Below, in pieces: positions 1 through 12,340 of a DNA stretch of 64,000 nt. The position numbers were made by a program, and so were the translations under genes. Below the pieces are notes generated by a model, which worked only from the letters and a program-made list of their open reading frames with translations, made no database searches and was not told the DNA's origin. The stretch covers positions 9,372,698-9,436,697 of the forward strand of contig OZ037765.1 in NCBI GenBank assembly GCA_964035545.1. Reading direction: 5' to 3'. Each line of letters starts with the position of its first letter. Position 1 is the first letter of the stretch. This DNA is from Bugula neritina. Its lineage: Eukaryota; Animalia; Bryozoa.

Positions 1-1138
1 TTGGGGAAAATAGTTTCAAGCTGGCAATTTATATATAATGTTTTACTTACCATTTCTACTTTTGTAATTATCAAAATATTGCAATTATGTTTTTCCATGC
101 ATGTAACAACAGTAGATTTATTTGACTGAGATTCGATTAATACTATTACTTCAAGAATCATGGTATGTTATTAGATTGTAACCTTTCATAAGCCTACGTG
201 GATTCATCATAAATGTGACAATGAACCATTGTATGGCAATTGATATCAATGAAGAACAATATGCTATCTTATATACATGTATGCTATTCTTGCTATAATA
301 ATTTTTGTATTCTCTATTCACGATATATTTGGAATGTATTAATTATTATTGCTCTAAGTTTTGCTATTTCATTTGTACTAAAATATCTATTAATTATATA
401 ATATAGCTGTCAAACAAAAGCATCTGGTGTTAATTCATGTCAGAGTTTATATGTACTTCAGAAATTTTCCATGCTCAACCAGTATAATGAAATTTGTCAC
501 TATCAAGGTACAGCTTTTTTATGAGAGGCTTCTGAGTGAAGAAAAAAGTTTGAGATAGTTGTAGGACTTTTCTATTTCAGGATATAAATATAATAATATG
601 TATGCAACTAACAGAGCTTTTGGGTGGTAACCATAGTGTAGTGATTCTAGAGTACTGGTAAAGTTAGCTGAAGGTTTGATTACTATGGGGACATTGGTGA
701 TTTCAGGAAGAGCTGCAGCCAATTATTGTTACACCTGTGTCATATCAAACTGCGCTGTCTGCATAGTAAGAGATATAGACCTTAAAAAACATGAATAGGG
801 TTTTTAAATTACAGGGTTCGGGTTGCTCTTGTACATATAACTACTGCAATAGCAATAATAAAAGTGTGAGATAATAAAAAAGAAAATGTTTCGAATAATA
901 TATAACATATTAAAAACATTTCACCGATTTTGTAGGAGTTGTGTTGTTTTTATTGTAAATATCCATAATCAACTACGTATTTTCGATAATGTAACTGTCT
1001 TGCGAATGGTCTAGTGTAACATTGCAAGACCGAGGCGAATATATACTACGCCGAAGAAGGAAAAGATACGTATTCGTATATGCGTATATACGTATTCTTG
1101 ATCGCGGTGTTGATACTGCTGGGCACGAGGGCGTCAAC

Positions 1139-4100
1139 ATGGCGGAATGGGATTTAACTTCAGTGATGGGACAGTACTTGGACCGACATTTGGTCTTTCC
1201 TCTGCTGGAATTTCTTTCCGAAACACAGGTTTGAATGCACTTGATATCACATTCAATTTAATTTAGTTTGTCATTCTCCGGCACTCTGACTTATGCAGTT
1301 ACTCTCAGTCTTGAGTCTCACTCTCACTCTGAGCCCGAGAGTGACACTCACACTGACAGTGACTGTGAGTGTGAATAGTCCCAGAGCTCGGAGAGCAGTC
1401 GCTGTATCAGACTCGGAGTTGTCATGCGTACTCATTGTGCGACTATATTTATTATTGTGAAGTGTAACTTCGCCAGTCAACGTTTAGCCACATTAACTTC
1501 AACTTTAAGGTGATCGTTTGACTTGAGTTTGTATAACATAAAAATTAAAAGAATAATTATCATAAATTAAGTTTAACCCAACTCTAAGTGAAAGTCGATG
1601 TGTATATCGATAACTACTTGATTTTGATCTTCTAACTAATAAAGTTAAACTACTACTGCTGCTAATACTAGCCCTAGGTCTAATGCTACTACTACTACCA
1701 GCATCGTGATAGTGATAGTTTAACTTTAAGTTACAGTAGCAGTTAGACTTACTCAGTTAGCTTGGGTGCTTCACTGCTTAGGCATTAGTCTTAGAGGCCA
1801 GAGTTATGCTTGAACTAATAGTTATAAGTTAGTGATATTGCTTCAACAAATTTTATCATTTTAAAATAGCCTACTTATTTGAGAAGGGGAAAGTTGTAAT
1901 CGTTATCATGGTTAAAATTTTAATAATGATGCGTGATCTCATGTAAAATTAAATAGCCTATTCAATGAAAATGTGACCATTCATTCGCATTTGCAGCTGC
2001 AAGCATAATAACAAAATTAAATTTCTAAGAACTTGTGATATCCATATACTTTATGTTTACAATCTGATGTTCATGATAGTAATACCAGGATGTTAATTTT
2101 ACTCTATACAGACTTTGCAATAGCGAAGTTTCTTGTCCCAGCACACATATTGTCATTAATATATTTCCTAAACGATTATTTGCTGTAGATTTATGATGCT
2201 GCTGATATGATGCAAGGAAAACTGGATTTGCTCAGCAAAACAAACATGGTTGACTTTGCTAAAGAAGTATATGAAAGACTGCACCCTGACTCTGAAGTTC
2301 CTGAGTGTATGTGTTTTTCTCTGTAAAGAAAGATTTTATAATTGCTGGATATTCATCAGTTTCAAGAAGACAGTTCTGAGCATTTTAAGCTGCTGCAACG
2401 TTTAAAAGCTTGAGTCACAGAATCTCAAAATCAAACCCATTAAAAGTGTTGTTTTAGCTAGTTTTACTATCTTTATCAATGAACCAAGAACAATATTTCC
2501 AGTAGTACCATTCAAAGCTCAATAGTATTTTCCATTGAATGTGTCCAGTGCACTCTACAAAACATTTCAACTGAAAAATTAGCTTACTCCAAAGAGCAAA
2601 ATATGTAAATAGAAATTTTTCATGTTTGTTGACTTGAAATGGAGATAAGTTCATTCACTGTTGGTTGCTATGGTATCCTAATTATAAGTCAATAAAACAA
2701 GTGTTTAGTAATTGTATAAAAATTAGGGTTATAAGCTGTGTTTCTTACTGTATAGTATGTATAGTTAACTCCCTCACATCATGGTTTGACACAGCACAAT
2801 CATGCCGTTTTCCATGTCAAGACTACGTTGAAAAAGCAACATCAATTTTATCATATGCTGGTATTTTTGCCAGATTTCCACATGAAAAAGTCTATAGTAT
2901 TTTATCATTCATTGAAATAGCAGCCTGTATACAAAAGTTTTTGGTAGCTTTTTACTAAACCCTGCAAATAAAACTCACTTTTTAAGCAACTTAGCTACTA
3001 GACAACAAAGTAGGTAAAACTGCTATAACATATATTCATTCAATACAAGGTCAACAAAAACAATCTCTTCTCTATTTTGGCAAACTCAAAGAAGCAAACT
3101 AGGTAAATTTAGTTGTGCTGCCTATGGTTTACATGAAGTTATGTAAATAGGGGATAGAATAAGTAGTAGAACATATTTCATCTAAATATTGGTTGGGTCA
3201 TCTAAGATATGTGAGATATACTTGACTTACCCAGTCTTTAAGATATAGTGAAGCAAAACTGACAGTAGTAGGTACCCTCTTTTTATGTTGATGGACTGGC
3301 AGCTAACAGCTTCTACTCAACTAGTTGCAGACCAGAGTTCACTCAGCTGTATACTGTTATGGTAAAAAAGTGTAAAGATATTGAATCTTAAAGCTACTGA
3401 GTAACTTTATACTTTTATTTCTTTTTTAGTTTTGACAACAAAGCGTGAAGATGTTGTCCATGAATTGCGGTGTCTGAGCCAGGAAACTGAGCCTATTGTT
3501 AAAATAATGGATATGCCAGAGGTTGCCAAACACATTGAGCAGTCAAAAGATGGTAGACAACTGTTTGACACTCTTGCGAAAGAATTTAATGTAAATATTG
3601 TGTATGCATAATTTATTGTGATAAATATTTGCTGCCATTTTTGATGTGTGCCAAACAGCTGATATATATTTAGACATGTGCTGCATATTTCATGTTTCAC
3701 TCGCAGAATTCTCTGTTTTAGTTCACAACAGATCAGTTACAGACACTTTATAAGTATGCTAGGTTCCAATATGATTGTGGAAATTACACTGTGGCTGCTG
3801 AATATCTCTACTTTGTCCGAGTGCTGGTAAGTGTAGGAATGTAGGAGTCAGCTTCTGCCTGTAACATAGAGTCTACACAATATATCAGTGGCTAAATTGT
3901 TGTTGAACAGAATTTAAAAGATGCATGCTTAGTGATGATAATTTAACACTCAAGTGTGAAAGAAAGAAAGAAACTTTAAATTCCTAGTGAGTTGTTCTCT
4001 GTAAAAAGGTTAAACTAAATCACTACGGGAGGACGCAACTCTTAATTGTAAATTAGGTATCACGGACATTGAAAAAGGGTCTCTTGCAGTGCTTTTTATT

Positions 4101-7100
4101 TTTTGTGCTAATTAGTAATTGGAGATTTGAGTGAAGCCTGCTGGTGCTCTTTAGTATATGTAATCTTGTAAAAGAAGTAACTGCAAGTATGAATTTCTAG
4201 AAGTTATATTTTATATTGTTTATGGCTACTTATATTACATAATAACCAATCAACTCAATTAATATATCACTGTTTCAGTCTTCATCTCTATTTTGCTATC
4301 TGTTCTAATTGTAATTAAACTTTTTTTGCCATTGCAGACTATTGCACAATTTGCTTCTACAATTATCTGCAATGGTCATGTGTCTAAATATGCACTAGTT
4401 TATGTGTCTCTGTTCAATAATCTATTTGTAGACGCCAAACGATGATCATCTAGCTTATAATGCACTGTGGGGTAAATTAGCTGCTGAAATTCTTATGCAG
4501 AATTGGGATGCTGCGCTGGAAGATCTCAATAAACTAAAAGATGTCATTGACTCTTCGGTAATTCAATAAATTATTATTTGTTTTTGTAAAATGCAGAAAT
4601 TTGATGTTTTGTAACTAATGCAGTAAGATAAGGTCACTTAGTTTTACATGTTTCTTTATTTTGTAGCCTTTTAGTTCAGATTTGCAGTCATTGCAGCAGA
4701 GAACATGGTTCATTCACTGGAGCTTGTTTGTGTTTTTCAACCACCCCAAAGGTGGAGATTTAATAATTGATATGTTTTTGGTTGACAACAAGCATGATAA
4801 CAAGTAAGTAAAAAAAATTATAGATTTTATTAAAATGCTCACCCTCCCCCACCCCAAGCCCCCAAGTAATCTTGAGTGTTAGTGAAAAATGTAATTGGTT
4901 TAAATAAAAAATGCTCTTGTTTTCTTGTCTTTTACAATATTAATATGCTTAAGTACATATTACACTCTAGAGATGACTGAGTTATTGAAGATGAAATTGT
5001 AGTATTGTTTTAATAAAAATGTAAATAGACGTCTTATAGTTATATTAAATTTAAGAATTTCTGCTCAATCCGATATTTTTGATTAGAAAGTTATATAGCG
5101 AGTTGGTCTCTTTATTCTCATTTCTTGATGTAAACTGGACTTAAACTTCTGCAGTTAATATACGTATTTTTACCTTATTACTACACCTTCATTTAACTTG
5201 ATTTGCTATTGCACCTGTTCTTACACTGACTCTACAATACACCCACTCAATACTACTCTCACCTACAGTGAATATAAACAGTAATACCTCTGCTCTAGGT
5301 ATCTGAATACTATTCAGACAGTGTGTCCTCATATCCTGAGATATCTAACTACAGCTGTTATCATTAACAAGAGAAGAAAGACGGTTCTCAAAGATCTGGT
5401 TCGAGTTATCCAACAGGTTAGCTTAGAGAGATCAACCTCTTATGTCTTGCATAAAATTTCTGTTTTCTGCTATTAAGTTCAGCAGCACCAACTGTGGTGA
5501 TAACTAGATAGGTGGTGTTTGTAGGAGACGTATACATACAGGGATCCCATCACCGAGTTCTTGGAATGTCTGTACGTCAATTTTGACTTTGACCGGGCAC
5601 AGCAGCAACTCCGGGATTGCGAGACGGTAATTATTCTCGGATTCTGATCTACTATTTTAGCATCAAACAATATATTGGCTTTTCAAACTACTCGCATATA
5701 TTCTATATACATTGCTGGTTGCTTTTGCCAGGTTCTGTCCAATGACTTCTTCTTGGTTGCCTGCTTAGATGACTTCATTGAGAATGCCAGGCTGTTCATT
5801 TTTGAGACATTCTGCAGGATTCACCAGTGCATAAGTATCAGGTATGTTTTGCTTTTAATCTGAAAATATTGTAATTGTTTGTTGTTTTTTTTGTTCATCT
5901 AAATACCGGTTTTCTATCACATACAGTGTTTAACTGGCTTCTAGTTATAATCCTGCAGTGACCAAGTTTAATGAAAACATGTAAAACTAAATAAATAAAT
6001 AAAAAAAAAATATATATATATGCCCAAACTACTGACCATTACAATTACTCTAGTTTTCATATCTATTGAGTCTAAATAAAAAGAAATGAAGTATAACTTG
6101 ATATTGGTGGGTATATTAATATTAACAATGTTTGATCAGTGCAAGTCAACTAGTTTGTTACTAAAGTATAATGGTTTCACCAACAGTATGCTGGCGGATA
6201 AGCTGAACATGTCTCCAGAAGATGCTGAAAGGTGGATAGTCAATCTGATACGTAATGCTAGACTGGATGCGAAGATAGACTCTCAGCTGGTCAGTGCGCT
6301 GTAAATACTCCAATTGTTTGCATTTGCAAAGAGTTTGATTAAGTTCACTTGCAGAGTATTCTACCTGTTAGCTTCTCAAGACTCTCTAAGCTCATCACGA
6401 ACTTTTGGCAACTGTTTTATTTAAAATCTACCAGTCATTACTTGAAACACTTATGATTCCACAAATGTTAATCTAATAGGAATAAGTAAACAGAAAATTA
6501 ATTAAATTGCTAACCTGTAAGGATATATTTGAAATATTAATTTGCGGTTCAGTTATAGTACAAGGATTACATATCTTGATTACATATTTTTGTGTGGTCA
6601 AAGCTGTAAGTATTGGACTTTATTAGTTGGTCTATAATCATTATTGAATGGCCAATTCTGTGTATTGTAGGGGCACGTAGTGATGGGCACTCAGGCCGTG
6701 TCTGTATACCAGCAAGTTATAGAGAAAACTAAAGGCCTGTCATTTAGATCTCAAATGTTGGCCCTCAACATTGATAAGAAATTTGGAAACCGAGACAAAG
6801 ATAATGTAAGTAGAGATTTTACTGCTTCCTAGTTTGCTGCTTGTATACTTTTTTTTGCGAAACAGTGAATCTGCGCGTTGCATAAATTATATTTTAGAAA
6901 TAAAATTTGATTTGATTAAAAGTTAAGCTTATAAATTATCATTTGAAATAATTATTAAATCTGTTTATTGTGAAATTCTGTTGAGTAATTTTATTAGTTG
7001 TTGAAAATAGAATTGCAAAAAAACCTGACCACCTTGGAAATCACATAATATTCGAGTTATCAGTTCAGATTAGAATATAAAATACAGAAGGCTGGTAATA

Positions 7101-7537
7101 ACAAATTATAATTGTTAAAAATCATCTTGCTCTCAACAGCTGGATACCAAACATGTATTAAAGGGCCACCTCTGTACTTGTCAATAACTATTATATGACA
7201 ACAACAATATTTTGTCTCAGTGAAGTAGCAATGCTGTTGGATATCGTACACAACCAGCTTAATATAATTATACTATTATTATAATTTGTTAAAATAGGTC
7301 ACAGTATTATGTTAGCAGGTGGCATTGCTATATTTGGTTTATAAATGAGGTATATTGTGCGCAGCAAATTGATGATTATATATGTGAGCAGACTATTTGT
7401 TATTCACTGAACTCAGAAAGCATAAGGAGTGACCACTGAGTCAATAACCTGTCTGTTGATATTTAGGTCACACTGAGTGTTATTCAGCTCATAACAAAGC
7501 ATTCATTTCCTTGTAGTGGGGAGCTCAAGACTTCTAG
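1139..7537 (+). CDS. EIF3E: Eukaryotic translation initiation factor 3 subunit E (Int-6), 12 coding exons
   Basis: GT-AG exons 1139-1228, 2189-2306, 3430-3590, 3722-3826, 4432-4557, 4667-4803, 5299-5416, 5525-5626, 5732-5841, 6187-6289, 6671-6805, 7517-7537 join in frame: [89 protein letters not shown], ..WGAQDF*. AATAAA near 7698. Confidence 0.98.
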
Positions 7538-8060
7538 ACCTCCTGTGATTGCCCGCTCCTGTACTGCAGCACATTCTGCTACACACCCTCTGAACTCTGC
7601 TTGTTGGATCCCATAAACATTGCCACTTATCTGTCTAGCTGTTTTTATTGTAATATTTTATCTTGTTATGGATTATTCTCCACATTTCAGGTTAACAATA
7701 AAATTATTTGAACCTAATCAAATTTATTTTGATTGAAAGGAAATGTAGCAGCAAATAGGTCCTGACCTGCTCATGGCTGGCAAATGTTCAAGAAATGTCA
7801 CTCTATTTGTAAAAGCACCTTTGTTGTCAAATGAAGTTGTTTAATTACTTAAATGTTCAACAATAGACTAGGCTTTGATTAGGCTTGAATTTTGCATAAA
7901 AGCAATTCCATTGGTGTAACTAATCATACTTTGCTTCATTGCATATTTAGCCAGTGTGTACGATACTAAATGCCCATTCAGTACTCAACTATGCACAGCG
8001 TATAGAGCATAATATATTGTGGATTTATTGTAAACTGTGACATTATGTTGTACATTTTCG

Positions 8061-11000
8061 ATGATGTCAAATCAACCATGGTCCTGCCAGATCTTCATTT
8101 CAATAGCTTTACTATTGGCAGTCATTGCTTTTAATATTAATACAGCATCATCACAAACCACAGTCACTAAGTTGGAAGCAACTGGTAATTATCCATCTCT
8201 ATCTGTAAATTATTTAGATGTAAAGTTTTTAAGTCGAGAATTTTTTTAGCTAAATCAGTTTAAATTCTAATATTGAATGTAGCGGTCATGCCTGCGCGTA
8301 AATTCTGTTGTAAATATGAAACAAATGAACTAATTAGTGACAATTTATATTTACATAATGATCAAAATATTATATTGAGTGATTTTAGTATAGACTATTA
8401 TAATACACCCATCTGCTTTATAGCTCGGTCCTCGTGCCCTTTCGGCTGTACAAAATGCTCTAAGTGGAATGGATGTGTTGACTGTGCCATGAATTTTACG
8501 TGGCATTTTGAAAAATCACAATTACGGACTATTGGAGTATGTTTACGAAGTTGTCCAGCAGGTTACCATATGCAAAGCAGAACGACTGCTCCAGGACACT
8601 ATAAATGTACAGGTAAATAATATTATACAGCTTTCCCTGGATCTTTCTTCTTTGAGCTGTACTGGCTTGTACATAATATGTTTCTGTTATATAAGCATAT
8701 TTAACCAAACTAAATACTAGCAATAGAAGGTATTGTTTCAATTTCACAATAACTGTTAACATTAGCGTGTTACATGTTAAAAGTATTAAAACTTGAAATG
8801 CAAATAAAAAGGTTTACTATAGCTTACAGCATTTTATAACTGTGGAGATAAAATAAAATTGATGAAATCAGCTTATTAAAGTGTATGAAACTAATAATTT
8901 GGCAACAGGTTTCGCCATTTCGTTAGCATAATTTTCAACCCAGCAAAAACTAAAAACCTATTGCTCAAACATTAGTTGAGTACATTTGTACTAACCCCTT
9001 TATACATTTGATGAGATTTATAAAAAAAATGTATTTTTAGTAGGTAAGCTGCCTTGCTGTTAAAAATTTGAAAATGTGAGTTTTGTATTACGTATAGGGG
9101 TAACGGGGGGGGGGGGTGGGGGGGGGGCACAACGGCCGAATTTTGCATTTGTTGCTCTCCTTTGTCTGTTTTTCAAATTACTAGTTCAATGATCTCTAGT
9201 CTTAATGCTGCATCTGTTGTCTATTACGGGTATCAGTTTGTTGTTTCTATCTCTCTCACAACTTTCAGAATAATGAAAATTTCATGACGAAAAAATTGGT
9301 CCATTGTACCCCGGTACCGGGGTACAATGGGCCACTGGGTGGGACGCAACAAATATATTGAAATTTTGCGTATTTTGTTACATCTGATTTTTATTTATCT
9401 AATATTACAAATAAATAAAAATACTCTTTCAGTTCTACAGCAAAATTCATGTCTTAGCTGCATGTACAGTTTGTGACACTACGGATATCAGAGGAAGGCA
9501 AAATCAAACGCACGTCATTTGGTTCTGCAGTGCCATTATCATTACTGCTTAGAACTAAAAATATTCTGTTTCTTTTACTTCGGAGGAACGTTTACTAAAA
9601 AATAACTTTAGTAACACGTACTACAAAATTCCGAGTGGACTTTTTTTATGAACTGTAGCTAAGGTGCATGCACGGCTAAGGTACTGGAGTACGGAAAAGA
9701 GAGGGGGAAGTAAATGAGCAAATCACAATTTATTTCAGTCAAATACATGTATATTCCTTCAATGGTGTAATATATAATGATTATCATGACTATCTACTAG
9801 TAGCAACAGCAGAGTGTTTTGTATTATGTATAAAATGGCAAAGCTTTAACCTCACCAGATGTATATATTAGGGGAGCTTCAACTTATAGTTTTGTAGTCT
9901 TACCATGATGTCTTTGATATTTTACAAAAGGTCAGAAATGGCTATATCTATAGATTTTAGTAACATTTCAACCAACTTTTTGGGCAAACAAACTAATAAC
10001 AGTGATCAGGGTGCAATAATCAAGTGGCCCATTGTACCCCGGTCAGCATGGCCCATTGTGCCCCGTGTGGCCAAATTGAAAATAAATGTGCCTCAAGGAA
10101 AATTTATTTCAGTGTTTGCTGTTATACTAGTTAAGCAATGTAGAGACAAGCAATGGCAACAATATTAGTAAAATATAGGGTTCTTGCCTTTGAGTATAAA
10201 AAGTTATAAAGCTTTAACGACATCCTAAAAAATTTACAAAAAGTAGGTAAAAACAATTTTTTACTCGCCTTTTCAACACGTATGTTCCGCAAGTGTTGAA
10301 ACTACAAAGGCTGAATAATTATGTCAATATCTTTTTATGAAAAAAAATCATAACTTCAAGTCAATAGGTTCTCTCACAATTTGGCCGGCTTTTTGTACCC
10401 CTATGACCGTTGTGCCCCCCCCCCCCCCCCCGTTACCCCTACTCATAAAAATCCAGCATTTAAATAAATAATAAAACAATTAGAATATATGTTAGTCATA
10501 GGGTTTAATCCAGAGCTCAAGTGGCAAGTTCTAAAATTGTTTTATTAGGGTTTTCTTTCAGACAATATGTATATGTTGTCTTTTGTGCAAAATACAGTGC
10601 ATGAATGTTTCATTTTTGTATACCTATTCGTAACTTGACTATTTTACACATTTTCATTCGTATAAAGATTCCCAATCACTTGTTTGTTATATAACATATC
10701 AATTGGAGAAAACTTCTTTTCGTTTGCATACAGACTTTTATTACAGGACTACTAATCCCTTTGCAAATTACTGGAAATTCTCATGATACATGAAGTCTCT
10801 ATTTACATGCATTACATTTCATATTCACAAAGTCTGCATAATATACAACTTGATTGAAAAGTTTTTGTAATAAAACCTGCTGTATTATTATTTTTAGAAT
10901 GCAAAGCAGATCATTGTGAAGTTTGTTCTAATATAGACTTCTGTGAGAAGTGCTTACCTTTTTATTTGGAGTACCGGGGTACATGCATTCTCAAGTGCCC

Positions 11001-12340
11001 TCTCAATTTATACCACTCTAAATACAGAAAGGACTGCTATGAAAAGGGTTTGTAATTATGTAAACTTATATATGCGTGAAAAGAATTCCAACATATGTTG
11101 AAATACTCGTTACTCATTGTGTGTGTTAATTCATTCAGATTTGTAAAAATAACTCAAAATTAATCAACTTTCTATTGCAAGATCAACACAAAAAGATTTG
11201 TGGCCCAGTTTTTGACCCTATAGATATTTAGTGTCATTTTGTGAAATTAAGTTATGAGGTTTAAATAAGTAAGAAAGTCATGTTGAAAACTCTACTGAGT
11301 GGAAACTAAAAAGCGTATAGTTGACCCGAATGGCTAATTTCTAATCGTAATTCACTTAGTAGATTATTGGCAATTTTAAAGACATCTTTTTCCAAAATAC
11401 AAAAAGGTAGAACATTTTTCACTGAGTTCAAAGATTAATGATAATGTCACACATAATTTTACGGTAGTTTTATTTGTATCCTTAAGAGCATTGATAATCA
11501 ATTAAAAGTCAAACATTTTATAAAAAAATAAGATGGAAAGCATGAAATTATAGTTTGTAATTCAATTGTATATAGAAGTATTGATTAAAATTGTGAGGTC
11601 ATTTAATTCAGTATAGTCGTTATTACTTAGATTGTAAGTACATCTCTGTTATGCTCCAGTGGATTGCTTAGTGGAGCCATGGACAAGCTGGTCTAGTTGC
11701 CTAAGAAATGGTGAAAAGTGTGGGTATAAGTGGGGCAATCAAACTCGTAGACGGAGAGTATTGCAGGAACCATCTATAAATGGACAGCCTTGCCCTTCTC
11801 TTGCTCAGTCTCAAAGATGTAAACTAGCAGAAAGATACTGCAATTTCAATAACTCGGTCAAATTAGGTAAGCTGCAGCAACGGATTCTCATATGTTAGCA
11901 AAACTTTCATGTCGGTTTGAAAACCTAGAACAAAATTTTAGAAATAAAAACTTGTTTTGTATCAGAACATCCACTTTCTTACCTCCTTTTTATATCAGGG
12001 TGTATGATTTGCAGATGTTTTGTATAATAACATGTATTTTCTGTGTCTATATGCAGATTTTATCCCAAAGGAAAGACACACCAGACGTGTGGCAAGAAGA
12101 CGAGCTCGTTGCCGTTTGCAGAGAAAATCAGGAAAGCCATGCAAGCGCAAGGATTATTTAATCAACTCAGAAAACTATAAGCCAGCAATAATTGAGCCAG
12201 AAACTAACAATTGGAACTCAACTTCGTACTACGACTATTACAGGCAAAGTGCCGAGTTGCTACAACTGCTTAATTTGCAGCAGAATAAAAAGAAGTCAAA
12301 TGGAGATCAAATCGCTATACCGAAGTTTGATCCAGGATAG
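8061..12340 (+). CDS. RSPO: R-spondin (signal peptide, two furin-like repeats, TSP1, basic tail), 5 exons
   Basis: Exons 8061-8184 (signal peptide), 8424-8612 (FU1 CPFGCTKCSKWNGCVDC..EKSQLRTIGVCLRSCPAGY), 10898-11047 (FU2 CKADHCEVCSNIDFCEKC..GTCILKCP), 11660-11866 (TSP1 WTSWSSC..CGYKWGNQTRRRRV..CP), 12057-12340 (basic RRVARRRARCRLQRKSGKPCKRK). All introns phase 1, one domain per exon, as in vertebrate RSPOs. Confidence 0.93.
9097..10439. mobile_element. Non-autonomous DNA transposon with G-rich TIRs, TA-flanked (Tc1/mariner-pogo-like), in RSPO intron 2
   Basis: Left end GGGGTAAC-G(n)-CACAACGG at 9097; right end CCGTTGTG-C(n)-GTTACCCC ending 10439; TA on both sides; internal repeated CCATTGT(A/G)CCCCG motifs (9301-9330, about 10025-10065); no transposase ORF. 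Confidence 0.8.

Noticed and set aside
100-880. Possible 3' exons of an upstream + strand gene (LRGFIINVTMNHCMAID.., AATAAA at ~857/872) and ORF 519-722 (-)
   Set aside because: Could not build a consistent spliced frame or recognise a family.
3930-3995. Intronic C/D snoRNA candidate (GTGATGA) in eIF3e
   Set aside because: No suitably placed D box or terminal stem found.
9905-10168. ORF inside the TA-flanked element as a transposase
   Set aside because: Short, no DDE or HTH motif; it merely crosses the subterminal repeats.
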